Assembly (NCBI GenBank): GCA_963736115.1
Contig: CAVTNR010000010.1
Location: 134,071 to 198,070 of the forward strand
Direction of reading: 5' to 3'
Source of the DNA: an uncultured bacterium
Lineage (GTDB): Bacteria; Zhuqueibacterota; QNDG01; DTFT01
DNA: 64,000 bases
Below are positions 21,654-33,438 of the stretch, in pieces; within the stretch, counting starts at the first letter, position 1, and each line of letters begins with the position of its first letter. The notes under the pieces were generated by a model that made no database searches, was not told the DNA's origin, and saw only the letters and a list, made by a program, of their open reading frames with translations. Position numbers and translations under genes: made by a program.

Positions 21654-21907
21654 CTGTCCACCACTAAGCCGGCCTATTCTTGTTTTATAGCCGTTCCCTG
21701 CAGAAACACTTTTACAGCAGGAAAAATGAGAACTGGTAAACAATGCGGTATTTGATTGAAATTTCAGCCAAAAATTCAAACAATGGTTATCAAAACCTTT
21801 TCAGTTGTCCGATCCGGCATCGTTCAAAAGTTGACTTTAAGTTCAAACGATTTCACGCTAGGAACACGCCGAACATCACAGGAAAGCCAGTTGGAGCACC
21901 TCCCATC

Positions 21908-23524
21908 ATGACACAGACCGTCTACAACCTTTTCCCTCTTGGTTCTGACGAAACGCCCTACAGAAAGCTCACATCGGATCATGTAGGTATTGCCGAGTTC
22001 CAGGGCCGAAAGATATTGACCGTTGCACCCGAAGGCTTGCGGCTGTTGTCCGAACAGGCTTTCATCGACATCAACCATTTGTTGCGCCCTGCACATCTAA
22101 AGCAGCTGGCAAAGATACTGGACGACCCGGAGGCGACCGAAAATGACCGCTTCGTAGCCTTCGACCTTCTGAAAAATGCAAACATTGCAGCCGGAGGCGT
22201 GTTGCCGATGTGCCAGGACACCGGCACCGCAATCATCATGGGCAAGAAAGGCATCAATGTCTGGACCGACGGCACTGATGACGAAGCCCTCGGAAAAGGC
22301 GTTATGGATGCCTATGAGAAAAAGAACCTGCGCTACTCGCAATTGGCACCCATCTCGATGTTCGAGGAAAAAAACACCAAAAACAATCTGCCTGCGCAGG
22401 TTGAAATATATTCTGAAGGTACCGATGCCTACAAGCTGTTGTTTGTTGCCAAGGGCGGCGGATCTGCAAACAAGACTTTCCTGTATCAGGGAACGCCGTC
22501 CCTGTTGACACATGACCGGATGATTGATTTCCTCAAGGAGAAAATCCTTACCCTTGGAACCTCCGCCTGCCCGCCCTACCATCTGGCAATCGTGATCGGC
22601 GGTCTTTCTGCCGAGCAGACACTAAAGACCGTGAAACTGGCTTCCACCAAGTACCTGGACAGTCTGCCAACTAAAGGCTCCGAGGATGCCCATGCATTCC
22701 GCGACCTCGAAATGGAAGCTGAAGTTCACAAGATGACACAGCAGCTTGGTGTCGGCGCCCAGTTTGGCGGCAAGTATTTCTGCCATGATGTGCGGGTGAT
22801 CCGCCTGCCGCGTCACGGCGCTTCCCTGCCAATTGGATTGGGTGTTTCCTGCTCTGCCGACAGGCAGGCAATGGGGAAAATCACCTCTGAGGGCATTTTT
22901 CTGGAGCAACTGGAATCCGATCCGTCAAAATACCTCCCGGAAATCACAGACGAGCATCTCGATGACAATGTGGTAAAAATCAACCTCAACCAGCCGATGA
23001 ATCAAATCCTCAGCGAACTCTCCAAACACCCTGTAAAAACTCGTCTTTCCTTGACCGGCACCATCATTGTTGCCCGTGATCTTGCGCATTCGAAAATTCG
23101 CGAGCGGCTGGAAAACGGCGAGGAAATGCCGCAATATTTCAAGGACCATCCGGTTTATTACGCCGGTCCGGCCAAGACGCCCAAAGGCATGGCGTCAGGC
23201 TCCTTCGGCCCGACAACAGCCGGTCGCATGGACAGCTATGTTGACCAGTTCCAGTCCTTCGGCGGCTCCATGGTGATGCTTGCCAAGGGCAACCGTTCGC
23301 GCCAGGTACGCGATGCCTGCGCCCGCCATGGCGGTTTTTATCTCGGCTCTATCGGGGGGCCTGCAGCCCGCCTCGCCCAGGATTGCATCAAGAATGTCGA
23401 GGTTGTCGAATACCCTGAACTGGGAATGGAAGCGATCTGGAAAATCGAGGTTGTGGACTTCCCGGCCTTCATCGTTATCGACGACAAGGGCAACGATTTC
23501 TTCAAAGAGCTGAATTTGGGATAA
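21908..23524 (+). CDS. Class I (Fe-S) fumarate hydratase
   Basis: [48 protein letters not shown]. Confidence 0.95.
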   Translation: MTQTVYNLFPLGSDETPYRKLTSDHVGIAEFQGRKILTVAPEGLRLLSEQAFIDINHLLRPAHLKQLAKILDDPEATENDRFVAFDLLKNANIAAGGVLPMCQDTGTAIIMGKKGINVWTDGTDDEALGKGVMDAYEKKNLRYSQLAPISMFEEKNTKNNLPAQVEIYSEGTDAYKLLFVAKGGGSANKTFLYQGTPSLLTHDRMIDFLKEKILTLGTSACPPYHLAIVIGGLSAEQTLKTVKLASTKYLDSLPTKGSEDAHAFRDLEMEAEVHKMTQQLGVGAQFGGKYFCHDVRVIRLPRHGASLPIGLGVSCSADRQAMGKITSEGIFLEQLESDPSKYLPEITDEHLDDNVVKINLNQPMNQILSELSKHPVKTRLSLTGTIIVARDLAHSKIRERLENGEEMPQYFKDHPVYYAGPAKTPKGMASGSFGPTTAGRMDSYVDQFQSFGGSMVMLAKGNRSRQVRDACARHGGFYLGSIGGPAARLAQDCIKNVEVVEYPELGMEAIWKIEVVDFPAFIVIDDKGNDFFKELNLG

Positions 23525-23771
23525 AATTACGCAGTAATTTTACCGTAGACTGGCAGACAATTTCCCGCAGGGAAATGACGTGAGGGCTGGGGCACAAGGT
23601 CCCGGCTCTCATCGCAAATGCACCGGTCCGGCAGCGTCAACATAAATACTCGTTTCGCATAACCGTACCGATTAAACATATATCAATTGTCCCCTGATAC
23701 CATGTGCAAGTTCGAAATCCCACGGGGTTTTCGGCGCCGATGCACATTCGCCTTGAATATGGGGATACAAG

Positions 23772-24290
23772 ATGAAGTTTATACTTGGCTTGACTGTGAT
23801 CGTTGTCGGTGCCGGCTTTCTCATCGCGAGCAAACTCGATGCCTCGCTTCCTACTGCGAAAAAGATTGCCGTCGAACCCGATAGCGTAGCCTTTCATTGC
23901 GCAAAGGCTATCCCGCAGATTTTCAGCAAGGCAAAGGAAGCGGGCGACGACTTTGGCGGAATACCTGATAGCGTGGCCTTTGCCGGATTTGATTATGTCA
24001 CCACCAACTACTGTCTTTGTAATCAGGAAAAATTTGGCAATGACCATTCTGCTGCTGAAAAGGAATTGTTCGGGCAATTGGCCGGGCTGAACCTGAAGCT
24101 GTCCTTTTCAAACACGATCGGCAAAAAATACCGCCAGGAACTTGAGCAGGAAGGCCAAATGATCGTCAAAAAACACAGCGATCTGATCAAATTGCAACCG
24201 GCATGGATGAAACAAACCAACGATATCTTCCGAACCTGCAGGAAGGAACAGAAAATCCGGGGAAATCTTGTATCGCAAATTTTACGATAG
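23772..24290 (+). CDS. Hypothetical exported protein
   Basis: 172-aa ORF with N-terminal hydrophobic segment; no recognised motif. Confidence 0.55.
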   Translation: MKFILGLTVIVVGAGFLIASKLDASLPTAKKIAVEPDSVAFHCAKAIPQIFSKAKEAGDDFGGIPDSVAFAGFDYVTTNYCLCNQEKFGNDHSAAEKELFGQLAGLNLKLSFSNTIGKKYRQELEQEGQMIVKKHSDLIKLQPAWMKQTNDIFRTCRKEQKIRGNLVSQILR

Positions 24291-24340
24291 ACAATTTTTG
24301 ACACCGTACTTCGTGAAATCAGGTTCGCATAACCAAAGGC

Positions 24341-24913
24341 ATGACTGATCAAATGTTCCCAAGCTTCTCCTCCATTTTCGGACTTGGAATCGTTATTGCC
24401 CTGGTGGGTTATATCTACAAGCGTGACGCAATCCATTGGGAATATGTGGCTAATGGTTACAAACGCAATTGGGCGACACCCATCAAGGAGTGCTGGGGCA
24501 ACGCCGTATTATACGGCAAGTTCACCGCATCCAAATCCTACAACGGAATTCTGAAAATCGGTATTTTCCCGGATGGCTTTGCAATGCGGGTCATGTTTCC
24601 GCCTAAAGCAATTTTTTGCAAGCCGATCTTCATTCCCTATCGTGACATTCTTGGCTGGAACCAGACGTGGTATATCAATGACGAGACGGTCGAACTTGAA
24701 TTGAAGCATGCTCCCGAGGTCAAGATCGTCATGCCCCGCAGCCAGGTGGAATGGATGAAGGAAAACGCCGGAGCGCAATTAAGGCTGATGAATGAGCCCT
24801 CGCCTCACAAGGACAAGCCCGTTTTCTGGTATTGGATCATCATCGCACAGGGTGTGATGGCGGTATTGCTGGTAATTTTCCTGTTGTACAAGTATCTGAC
24901 CTGGCCGAATTAG
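24341..24913 (+). CDS. Hypothetical membrane protein (TM at both ends)
   Basis: 190-aa ORF with hydrophobic termini. Confidence 0.6.
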   Translation: MTDQMFPSFSSIFGLGIVIALVGYIYKRDAIHWEYVANGYKRNWATPIKECWGNAVLYGKFTASKSYNGILKIGIFPDGFAMRVMFPPKAIFCKPIFIPYRDILGWNQTWYINDETVELELKHAPEVKIVMPRSQVEWMKENAGAQLRLMNEPSPHKDKPVFWYWIIIAQGVMAVLLVIFLLYKYLTWPN

Positions 24914-25032
24914 ACCGAGGGCATGAATCAGAAACAGAGCAGTGTTGATGTAAATCCCCCAAGTCAACAAGCTTCCTGCTTTACATTTTCATAATCCTGC
25001 CATGCTATTCTTCGCGCAAATGCGGGGAACAA

Positions 25033-26887
25033 ATGCGCTTCTTGTTTTCAAATTTATGGCTGTTCATGCTGGCAATCCTGTCAGCTTTGGTGATCATTGT
25101 TCCTGAACTGGGCATGATTGCAGCGATCAGCGTGATAGGAATTCCACTGGCAATCGCCTATTGGGCAATTCCTGCCCTTTTCATGGTCTTGCTCATCGTC
25201 AGGATATTTTGCCTTTTCCTGCCACTGCATGGCGCGGCCGCAATATTGCTGGCGATTGCAGGATGCGCTGTCCTTCTTGCTGTTCCTCCGTTCCTGATCA
25301 ATGCGCAGGATCAAATCCGGCGCGTATTCATATGTGGCGAAGGACCACAATGAATTGGTGCTGCCCCTCACCGCAAAATCAATTGCGGTGCGCCGCGCCC
25401 TGCGTTTCGACAAGGGAACAACACGATGCGATGGTTTTTGCATGCACGCATTGCTTACAGGTACTGCGGAGAAAATTCTGGTTGTCGATACAAAGGCCAT
25501 TGATCAGCCAATCAATCTCAATGAACCGGCGGAAGAATTCAGCCTCGAAAAAAGGGCCATTTGCCCCCAAATGCAATTCAAGTCCGGCTATCACGACCTT
25601 GATTTGCGAGCAGTGAACAAAAGCAGCGAAAGGTCTGCAAGTCCGCTTGAGGAAATGAACCTTCGCATTTCAAACGGTGAATGCCTGGTTTCCCGGCAGA
25701 CAACATTGGCAGAGGCAGACATCATCATTTCAGAAGGCCGCATTCATGCCCAGGCAAGACGGGCTTTAAACTCCGGTTTCAGCCTTACCTCCGATGCTGT
25801 TACCGCTGACCGCATCACCATCCATGACAATTCGAAGAAAAATGGATCTGCATCCGAAATCTATCGCTGGACCGGCGTGCAATACTCGCCCTTGGGATTT
25901 TTCCTTCTGCCTGCTCCGCAGTTCATCTATTCGTTTGAAATGAGAATGGGCTGGTGGCGCGAGGGTGGCCGGATCAATATCCCTACCAAATTTTATGAAA
26001 AGACAGACTGGGAAGGCTTTCTCACCAAGACAGTCGGTTTCAACCTCGCCCTTGACGGAGCCAAATCAGCCGAGGATATTCAGGTAAAGATGAAGTCAGT
26101 TCTTGCAGAGCAGCGCCCGCCAACGCGCGATGAATGGGAGTTGTTTTCTACCTATTTCGACCGCATCGGCATCGGAGCAAACACCTCAATAAGCAGTCCG
26201 GATTTTGAAGTTGCCCTCGCCATGTTGCAACGCAGTGACTATCCACCTGTCCCCCGGCTCTACAATGTAACGCGCTTTGCTGAAAAGAATGCTTCACCTC
26301 AAACATTGAGCCAATTGGCCGATGCTCTCTTCAAAAGGATGGACGCAGGACAAACCTGGGCAAACGAACTCGATGTTGGCCTGCCTGACAGTGTCAAACA
26401 GGTTTCCCTCGGTATTAACTCACTGCCCGATGCTGCACTCCAACCCTATTTTAACCAACTCGTCACACTGGCACCAGATCCGGTTGTGCAGGTTTATGGA
26501 TATCAGACATTGCAAAAGTTGCATCTCTTTGGCGATCGCGCTGTTCCCGCTTTGCTGGAACTCATGAACAAGGGCCTTTCAGGCGGCGACAAGTTCTTTC
26601 GGGACAACACATATCAGCACCCTTATCTCGCTGGTATAGGCGGATTGTGTCTTGCCGGAGAAAACGCTGCATCAGCATTGCCGGAACTTAAAAAAATGTT
26701 TGAGGCCGCAAACGTGCCTTTGTTTTCATCCTATGGAAGACTGTATGTGGCTACACTTGTCAGAATGGGGGAGGATCCGGAAAAACTGTGGGCGCAATTT
26801 TTCGCCGTCAACAGCAATCAGACCCGCAAGAATTTTGACGCCATGATACGCCGTGCGCTATCAAAAAAACCCGATTGCAGCTTTTGA
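25033..26887 (+). CDS. Hypothetical membrane-anchored protein, helical-repeat-like C-terminus; split by an indel near 25310
   Basis: Hydrophobic 25033..25353 overlaps 25301..26887 in another frame; AVPALLELM / ALPELKKM HEAT-like segments. Confidence 0.55.
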
Positions 26888-26945
26888 TCATTCTGGTAAT
26901 TTCCTGAACAATTTTCGGCGTATCTTGAATGTGAAAGATAGTTCA

Positions 26946-27296
26946 ATGCGAAAGGTAACGATGCTCTTCGGCTGCATGTGTTCACTATTTTTCCTGATAT
27001 TGTTCGTACCGACAGAATCCACAGCGAAGATTGCGAGTTGCGACATTCGATTTCAAAGAATTGTGGCTACCGGTAAAAAGCTTGAGGCAAGGGATCAGGC
27101 GCTGCGGGGACCAGAAAAAATTGCTGAGCGATGCAACCATATCAAACAGCATGTCCTGCCAAAATATAGCCAAATGCAAAAAGAGTGGAACCAGAATATT
27201 GCGACCTGTGAAGGCTCTGTCGGTCCTGTCTTAAACAGCGTGCTGGAAAACAATATTCAAGCGCAAAAGAGCTTTTTAAGAGATAAATGCAAATAA
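26946..27296 (+). CDS. Small secreted Cys-containing hypothetical protein
   Basis: Signal-like MRKVTMLFG..TESTA; four Cys in the mature part. Confidence 0.5.
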   Translation: MRKVTMLFGCMCSLFFLILFVPTESTAKIASCDIRFQRIVATGKKLEARDQALRGPEKIAERCNHIKQHVLPKYSQMQKEWNQNIATCEGSVGPVLNSVLENNIQAQKSFLRDKCK

Positions 27297-27313
27297 GGCG
27301 AACACATTCCTGC

Positions 27314-28525
27314 TCAGGCGAGCGTCCGTAGCAAATCGCCAAGCCGCGCGATTTCCTCGTCAATCATCGCTTCGCTTGGTCGCGAGAAATTGAGACGGAT
27401 GGTATTTGATCCCGAGCCATCAGCAAAAAATGCCTTGCCCGGTACAAAAGCGACCCGTTTGTCCTTCAGCGATTGAGCAAGCAGTTCAGCGCCGTCAAGA
27501 TGTTGAGGCAGGGTTAGCCAGACAAACATGCCGCCCTCGGGACGCGACCAGGAAACTGTTTTTGGCATATGCTTTTCTAGCGCTGCCAGCATCCTGTCGC
27601 GGCGCGCCTGATACACGGCCCGAAGTTTGGGTACATGATCGTCAAAGATCCGGCGCGCAACCTGGTTGATTGCCATCTGGTTGATTGTCGAGGAATGTAG
27701 ATCTGAAGCCTGTTTCATCAAGACAAGGCGGACGATCACGGATTTGGCTGCACAAATCCAGCCAACCCGCAAACCGGGCGCCAGCGTCTTTGAAAAGCTG
27801 CCGCAATAGAGCGTCCGCGCTTCCTCAATGCTGCCCTTTTGGGCTATTTCCATCGCCAGAATAGGAGGAATAGCCTCACCGTCAAAACGCAATGACTGAT
27901 AGGCGGCGTCCTCGATGATCGCGATGTCGAGCTCATCTGCCAGCTTCAAAATGTTTTCCCGCTCGCCCTTGCCGAGTGTTTCGCCGGTTGGATTGGCAAA
28001 ATCGACGGACATATAGGCAAACTTTACCCGTCCGCCTTTTTCTGAGGCAGTCTGCCGGTAATCTTCCGCAGCGCGATTTCCCTTGGCAATCAGGCGGTCA
28101 TAATTCGGCTCATAGGCGTTGAACGCACCGAGCGCGCCCATATAGGTCGGCCAATTCACCAGAGCCGTGTCGCCAGGAGAAAGGAACAATTTGCCGAGAT
28201 AATCAAGACCTTGCTGCGAACCTGAAGTGATCAGGATATTGTCCACATCGCAAGGTATACCGAGTTTTCCCATTTCCACGGCAATCCACTCGCGAAGCGG
28301 TTTGTATCCTTCGCTGACAGAATATTGCAGTGCGGTGTCGCTTTGCCCTTTTTCAAACATGTCACCAAAAGCCTGCTTGAATTCAGCAACTGGAAACAGT
28401 TCCGGATCGGGAATCCCGCCGGCAAAAGAGATAATGTCCGGCTGATCGAGCAATTTCAGCAATTCACGAATCTCGGAAGCCTTCATCCGCGATGTGCGGC
28501 TGGCAAAAACCTGTTCCCAATTCAT
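27314..28525 (-). CDS. PLP-dependent aminotransferase class I/II (2-aminoadipate transaminase-like)
   Basis: SEIRELLK, ISFAGGIP, GSQQGLD, FANPTG, EDAAY, GSFSKTLAPGLRVGW, IRLNFS. Confidence 0.9.
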   Translation of the reverse strand: MNWEQVFASRTSRMKASEIRELLKLLDQPDIISFAGGIPDPELFPVAEFKQAFGDMFEKGQSDTALQYSVSEGYKPLREWIAVEMGKLGIPCDVDNILITSGSQQGLDYLGKLFLSPGDTALVNWPTYMGALGAFNAYEPNYDRLIAKGNRAAEDYRQTASEKGGRVKFAYMSVDFANPTGETLGKGERENILKLADELDIAIIEDAAYQSLRFDGEAIPPILAMEIAQKGSIEEARTLYCGSFSKTLAPGLRVGWICAAKSVIVRLVLMKQASDLHSSTINQMAINQVARRIFDDHVPKLRAVYQARRDRMLAALEKHMPKTVSWSRPEGGMFVWLTLPQHLDGAELLAQSLKDKRVAFVPGKAFFADGSGSNTIRLNFSRPSEAMIDEEIARLGDLLRTLA

Positions 28526-28588
28526 TTGTTTTCTCCCGGCAAACAGGCGCACCGCCCGAATATGAAGGGCACAATATTCCTGAATTCA

Positions 28589-28615
28589 ATTTAGGTCAAC
28601 AATACTGACCTAAAT
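28589..28615. promoter_or_regulatory. Perfect inverted repeat, probable dimeric regulator operator
   Basis: ATTTAGGTCA-ACAATAC-TGACCTAAAT in the divergent intergenic region. Confidence 0.65.
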
Positions 28616-28706
28616 CGGAAACAATATTTGTTTCTGGAAATTCCGCTTACCTGTTGAAAACATTGCTACCTCGACCCACATGGATAACAAAACAATGGAG
28701 AAACAG

Positions 28707-29036
28707 ATGAAGTGCCCAATCGATGGTGAAGTTCTTTTGATGACGGCCAGAAATGGCGTTGAAATAGACTATTGCCCGTCTTGCCGTGGTGTATGGCTGG
28801 ATCGCGGTGAACTCGACAAGATTATTGAGCGCGCTGCGACAGCAGGCGATTCAGATTTGAATCCGGGTGCCGAAACCATTTCGGCCAGACGCGATGATCG
28901 TGATGATGATGACGATAAAAGGGAGCGCAAGGATGGCAAGAAACGCCAGAAACGCGATCACGACGATGATCGTCCGGTCCATTACAGAAAATCAAGGGAT
29001 CATGCATCTTTCATAAAGGAACTGTTCGATTTCTGA
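28707..29036 (+). CDS. zf-TFIIB zinc-ribbon protein
   Basis: MKCPID..GVEIDYCPSCRGVWLDRGELDKII..SFIKELFDF. Confidence 0.88.
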   Translation: MKCPIDGEVLLMTARNGVEIDYCPSCRGVWLDRGELDKIIERAATAGDSDLNPGAETISARRDDRDDDDDKRERKDGKKRQKRDHDDDRPVHYRKSRDHASFIKELFDF

Positions 29037-29131
29037 AATGGAAAGGTCCATGGCGGAAACAGACCATTGACCCCCGGTTGAACCATGCATAGGTTTAACA
29101 TTGAAAAACCAGTTAAACATGGAACCTTGTC

Positions 29132-30163
29132 TTGTCCGACACATCGCACCTGTCAGAACCGCATAAAACCAGCGGACTTCTTGATCCGTTTGGCCGAATG
29201 GTTTCCTATTTGCGCGTCTCTGTGACTGACCGCTGCGATTTTCGCTGCGTCTACTGCATGGCCGAAGACATGACGTTCCTACCAAAAAAGGACCTCTTGT
29301 CGCTTGAGGAACTGGATCGTCTTTGCAGTGTCTTTATAGGAAAAGGCGTTCGCAAGCTGCGCTTGACAGGAGGTGAACCGCTTGTCCGGCGCGGCATCAT
29401 GGAGCTGGTCCGCTCGCTTGGCCGCCATATCGAAAGCGGTGCGCTGGAAGAACTGACCCTGACAACAAATGGTTCACAACTGCATCGTTTTGCAGACGAA
29501 TTGTACGACTGCGGTGTCCGTCGGATCAATGTCTCACTGGACACGCTCGACGCTGACAAATTTGCAAAGATCACCCGCTGGGGGCGGCTCGAACAAGTAA
29601 TGAATTCTCTTGAAGCAGCCAAAAGTGCAGGACTGCAGGTAAAAATCAATGCTGTTGCACTAAAGGGTGTCAATGAGCATGAAATCGGGGAAATGGTGCA
29701 CTGGGCCCATGGCGAAGGTTACGATTTTACCCTGATCGAAACGATGCCGCTCGGCGAGATAGACGAAGACCGAACAGAACAATATCTGCCATTGTCGCTG
29801 GTGCGTCAGCGCCTGGAAGAAAACCACACGCTGGAACCGATCGCATACAAGACCGGTGGCCCTGCCCGGTACTATAGCGTGAAGGAAACCGGCGGACGCC
29901 TTGGGTTCATCACCCCGATGACACATAATTTCTGCGAAAGCTGCAACCGCGTTCGCTTGACCTGCACAGGAACCCTGTTCATGTGTCTGGGTCAGGAGGA
30001 TGCGGCAGATCTGCGCGCACCTCTACGCGCCTCCGAGGGCGATGAACTGGTTTCAAAGGCCATTGACGAGGCGATTAGCAGAAAACCGAAAGGCCACGAT
30101 TTTATTATCGACAGAACTTCAAGACCGTCAGTCGGACGTCACATGAGCACTACTGGCGGCTAG
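29132..30163 (+). CDS. moaA: GTP 3',8-cyclase
   Basis: [37 protein letters not shown]-terminal GG. Confidence 0.96.
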   Translation: MSDTSHLSEPHKTSGLLDPFGRMVSYLRVSVTDRCDFRCVYCMAEDMTFLPKKDLLSLEELDRLCSVFIGKGVRKLRLTGGEPLVRRGIMELVRSLGRHIESGALEELTLTTNGSQLHRFADELYDCGVRRINVSLDTLDADKFAKITRWGRLEQVMNSLEAAKSAGLQVKINAVALKGVNEHEIGEMVHWAHGEGYDFTLIETMPLGEIDEDRTEQYLPLSLVRQRLEENHTLEPIAYKTGGPARYYSVKETGGRLGFITPMTHNFCESCNRVRLTCTGTLFMCLGQEDAADLRAPLRASEGDELVSKAIDEAISRKPKGHDFIIDRTSRPSVGRHMSTTGG

Positions 30164-30286
30164 CTGAAGAAGACACAAATTCGTCGAAGATTAGCTCACC
30201 TTTCCCAGACTTGAGTGCCATGCGTGTTTTGAAAAAGCCATGCGTTTATATGGGGTGACATTCGTATTGGCTGTGCTAGGTCTGAA

Positions 30287-31249
30287 TTGCATTTTAAATT
30301 CAGGTATTCGAAATTGTCAGCAGAAATCCCCCCAAAATCAGTATTACAGCCGGCAAGTCACGCGGAAAACCTGAAAGGCGCTGCCTATATGGTGCTCGCC
30401 ATGGCCGGATTTACGATAAATGACACTTTTGTCAAAAGCGTTGGCCATACGCTGAACCTTGGACAAACCCTGTTTATCAGGGGATGTTTTGCCTGCCTGA
30501 CAATTTTTATTGTCGCTTATTTCATCGGGCAGCTAAGACCACTGCGCACAATCATGACCAAGCCGGTTTTTTTACGCGCCCTGGGGGAAATGCTTGCGAC
30601 CTACACATTTGTATTGGCATTGTTTCACATACCCATTGCCAATGTTTCTGCCATATTTCAGGTATTGCCTTTGGCATTGACCCTTTACGCCGCCTTTTTC
30701 CTGCGTGAGCAGGTTGGTTGGCGCAGACTTCTGGCAATAATGATCGGATTTGGTGGTGTCCTGCTGATCATTCGCCCCGGAACAGACGGTTTCACCATTT
30801 ATTCTATCATGGTTCTGGTGTCTGTTGCAGGATCGGTTGTTCGTGACATTGCAACCCGGCACGTGCCAAAAACCGTTCCGAGCCTGATGATAACGCTGAT
30901 GACTGCTTTCGGGGTGACTGTGATGGGCGGGATAACAGCGCTCAGCGAACCATGGAATCCGGTTGGGCTTCGGGAAATCCTGATGCTCGCCGCGACTTCG
31001 ATTTTTCTGGTTATCGGCTATTTCAGCGTCGTAAACGCGATGCGGGACGGGGATATCGGTTTCGTCTCGCCATTTCGATATAGCGTGCTATTGTTTTCGA
31101 TATTCAGTGGCATCATTGTGTTTCAGGAAATTCCCGACATATACACAATATTGGGTTCATTGATCATTGTCAGCTCCGGCATTTACACCCTTTACCGCGA
31201 AAGAATGGTCCACAAACAAAAGATTACCCAACCTCCCGTACGAACCTGA
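30287..31249 (+). CDS. DMT family transporter
   Basis: Multi-TM; EQVGWRR, GVLLIIRPG, VSPFRYS. Confidence 0.85.
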   Translation: MHFKFRYSKLSAEIPPKSVLQPASHAENLKGAAYMVLAMAGFTINDTFVKSVGHTLNLGQTLFIRGCFACLTIFIVAYFIGQLRPLRTIMTKPVFLRALGEMLATYTFVLALFHIPIANVSAIFQVLPLALTLYAAFFLREQVGWRRLLAIMIGFGGVLLIIRPGTDGFTIYSIMVLVSVAGSVVRDIATRHVPKTVPSLMITLMTAFGVTVMGGITALSEPWNPVGLREILMLAATSIFLVIGYFSVVNAMRDGDIGFVSPFRYSVLLFSIFSGIIVFQEIPDIYTILGSLIIVSSGIYTLYRERMVHKQKITQPPVRT

Positions 31250-31305
31250 CTTCCACTTCGGGTTCTCCAGAGCTGATATCGAAAGATTGAGGCAGAAGGA
31301 ATACT

Positions 31306-32559
31306 ATGAAACTCTCCCCGTCAGCCGTAACGGCATCCGCGCCGAAAGCCCGCTTTTTTGACCGAGCCACTCCCCCGCACATCTTGACCCTTGTCCTGAT
31401 TGCAGGGATTGGGGCATTGAACATGAATATTATCCTGCCGTCTCTGCCGAGCATTTCGAGCTACTACAAAGCTGATTATGCCCTTGTTCAATTGGCGGTC
31501 TCCGGATATCTGGCAATGACCGCAGTCTTGCAATTGCTGACAGGGCCGCTATCCGACAGGTTGGGAAGACGCCCTGTCCTGATTATCAGTTTTACGTTGT
31601 TCATCATTGCAACATTGCTGGCGGCCAATGCCGAAACCATCGAAACATTCCTTGCCGCACGTATGGCACAAGCGGTTATTGTGACTGGAATCGCCCTGTC
31701 GCGTGCCATTGTTCGTGACATGGTTCCGATGGAACAAGCTGCCAGCATGATCGGCTATGTCACGATGGGAATGACGCTGGTACCCATGGTTGGTCCGACT
31801 ATTGGAGGTCTTCTGGAGGAAAGCTTCGGATGGCAATCCAATCTCTATTTCACCGCTATTGCCGCTCTGGTTGTTTTGATTGTTGTCTATTTTGATTTGA
31901 AGGAGACAAACCAGAACCGCACAACCAGCATGGCTGCTCAATTCAGATCCTATCCTGAACTTCTGAAATCCCGCAGGTTCTGGGGGTTCACCTTTACGGC
32001 AATGTTTGCTTCCGGAAGCTTCTTTGCCTTTATCGGGGGCGCGCCTTACGTTGCACGAACATACATGAACCTGTCACCCTCTACCCTTGGCCTCTATTTC
32101 ATGTGTATCGGCCTTGGCTACATGATCGGCAATTTTATTACCGGCAGGTTTTCCGGTCGTCTCGGTATCTACAAGATCATGCTGAACGGCAATTATGTAG
32201 CCGGTTTTGGCGTTGCAATCGCAATATTGTATTTTATGGCCGGATACGGTCATCCTGTTGGTTTCTTCGCTCCATTGTTTTTTGTTGGTGTTGGCAATGG
32301 ATTGACCATGCCTTCTGCCAATGCCGGCATGGTATCAGTGCGGCCGCATCTTGCCGGCTCAGCAGCAGGTTTGGGCGGAGCTATCCAGATTGGCGGCGGC
32401 GCGGCCTTGTCTGCTCTTGCCGGAATAATACTTACCCCGACGTCAGGGCCCTTGCCCCTGCTCTATCTCATGATTGCTTGTTGTGCTTGCGGAGCCATTG
32501 CTTCGATCTACACACAAAATATCGCAAAGCAGATAGAACTGGCGGAACAAAACGGCTAA
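31306..32559 (+). CDS. Bcr/CflA family MFS efflux transporter
   Basis: LPSLP, GPLSDRLGRRPV, RAIVRD, ETN, AGSAAGL. Confidence 0.9.
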   Translation: MKLSPSAVTASAPKARFFDRATPPHILTLVLIAGIGALNMNIILPSLPSISSYYKADYALVQLAVSGYLAMTAVLQLLTGPLSDRLGRRPVLIISFTLFIIATLLAANAETIETFLAARMAQAVIVTGIALSRAIVRDMVPMEQAASMIGYVTMGMTLVPMVGPTIGGLLEESFGWQSNLYFTAIAALVVLIVVYFDLKETNQNRTTSMAAQFRSYPELLKSRRFWGFTFTAMFASGSFFAFIGGAPYVARTYMNLSPSTLGLYFMCIGLGYMIGNFITGRFSGRLGIYKIMLNGNYVAGFGVAIAILYFMAGYGHPVGFFAPLFFVGVGNGLTMPSANAGMVSVRPHLAGSAAGLGGAIQIGGGAALSALAGIILTPTSGPLPLLYLMIACCACGAIASIYTQNIAKQIELAEQNG

Positions 32560-32568
32560 AACCCGTCC

Positions 32569-33438
32569 ATGGCATCTGAATTTCTGGTAAGCCCAAATCC
32601 CGACGATCCTGCTCTTTCAACTGCGGTTGAAGGAATTGATCACAATGGAAACAAGGTAATGACAGAAGTCGTTACCGAGCGCCCGCTGACGCTATACCTG
32701 AATTCGCAGGAAGTCGTCACCATGATGACGATCGGCGATCAGCCGGACCTGCTTGCCCTTGGTTACCTGCTTAATCAGAACATGCTGAGAAACGATGATA
32801 CCGTCAGCGCCATTGATTATGACGAAGACCTTGGTGTTGTTGTTGTTCGCACGGCCCATGAAACAAACTTTGAAGACAAGATGAAAAAAAAAGTGCGCAC
32901 CTCCGGCTGTGCGCAGGGAACAATTTTCGGCGATGTCATCGACGCGTTTGAAACCATCAAGCTCAACGCCGATACGCGGCTTAAGACCTCTTGGCTCTAT
33001 AAACTTACGAGGGCAATCAATTCTGAACCCAGCCTATATCTTAAAGCGGGTGCGATCCACGGCTGCGTTCTGTGCGAAGAGGACCGGCCCCTTGTTTACA
33101 TGGAGGATGTTGGCCGCCACAATGCCGTGGACAAAGTGGCCGGCTGGATGTTCCGCAACAAGATCGATCCATCCAACAAGATGTTCTACACCACCGGACG
33201 CCTCACCTCGGAAATGGTCATCAAGACTGTCATGATGGGAATTCCGGTTCTTGTTTCCCGCTCCGGGTTTACCGCATGGGGCGTGCAACTGGCAAAGCAG
33301 GCAAACCTGACCTTGATCGGCCGCGCCCGCGGAAAACGGTTTGTCGCCCTTGCCGGCCTGGAGCGCATCGAATTTGACATTGACCCGGCCTCGGTACCAG
33401 AGGAAGACAAAAAGTCCGCGCGCAAGGGTGACGATTGA
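32569..33438 (+). CDS. fdhD: Formate dehydrogenase sulfurtransferase
   Basis: TERPL, TSGCAQG, GAIHGC, EDVGRHNAVDK, TGRLTSEM. Confidence 0.93.
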   Translation: MASEFLVSPNPDDPALSTAVEGIDHNGNKVMTEVVTERPLTLYLNSQEVVTMMTIGDQPDLLALGYLLNQNMLRNDDTVSAIDYDEDLGVVVVRTAHETNFEDKMKKKVRTSGCAQGTIFGDVIDAFETIKLNADTRLKTSWLYKLTRAINSEPSLYLKAGAIHGCVLCEEDRPLVYMEDVGRHNAVDKVAGWMFRNKIDPSNKMFYTTGRLTSEMVIKTVMMGIPVLVSRSGFTAWGVQLAKQANLTLIGRARGKRFVALAGLERIEFDIDPASVPEEDKKSARKGDD

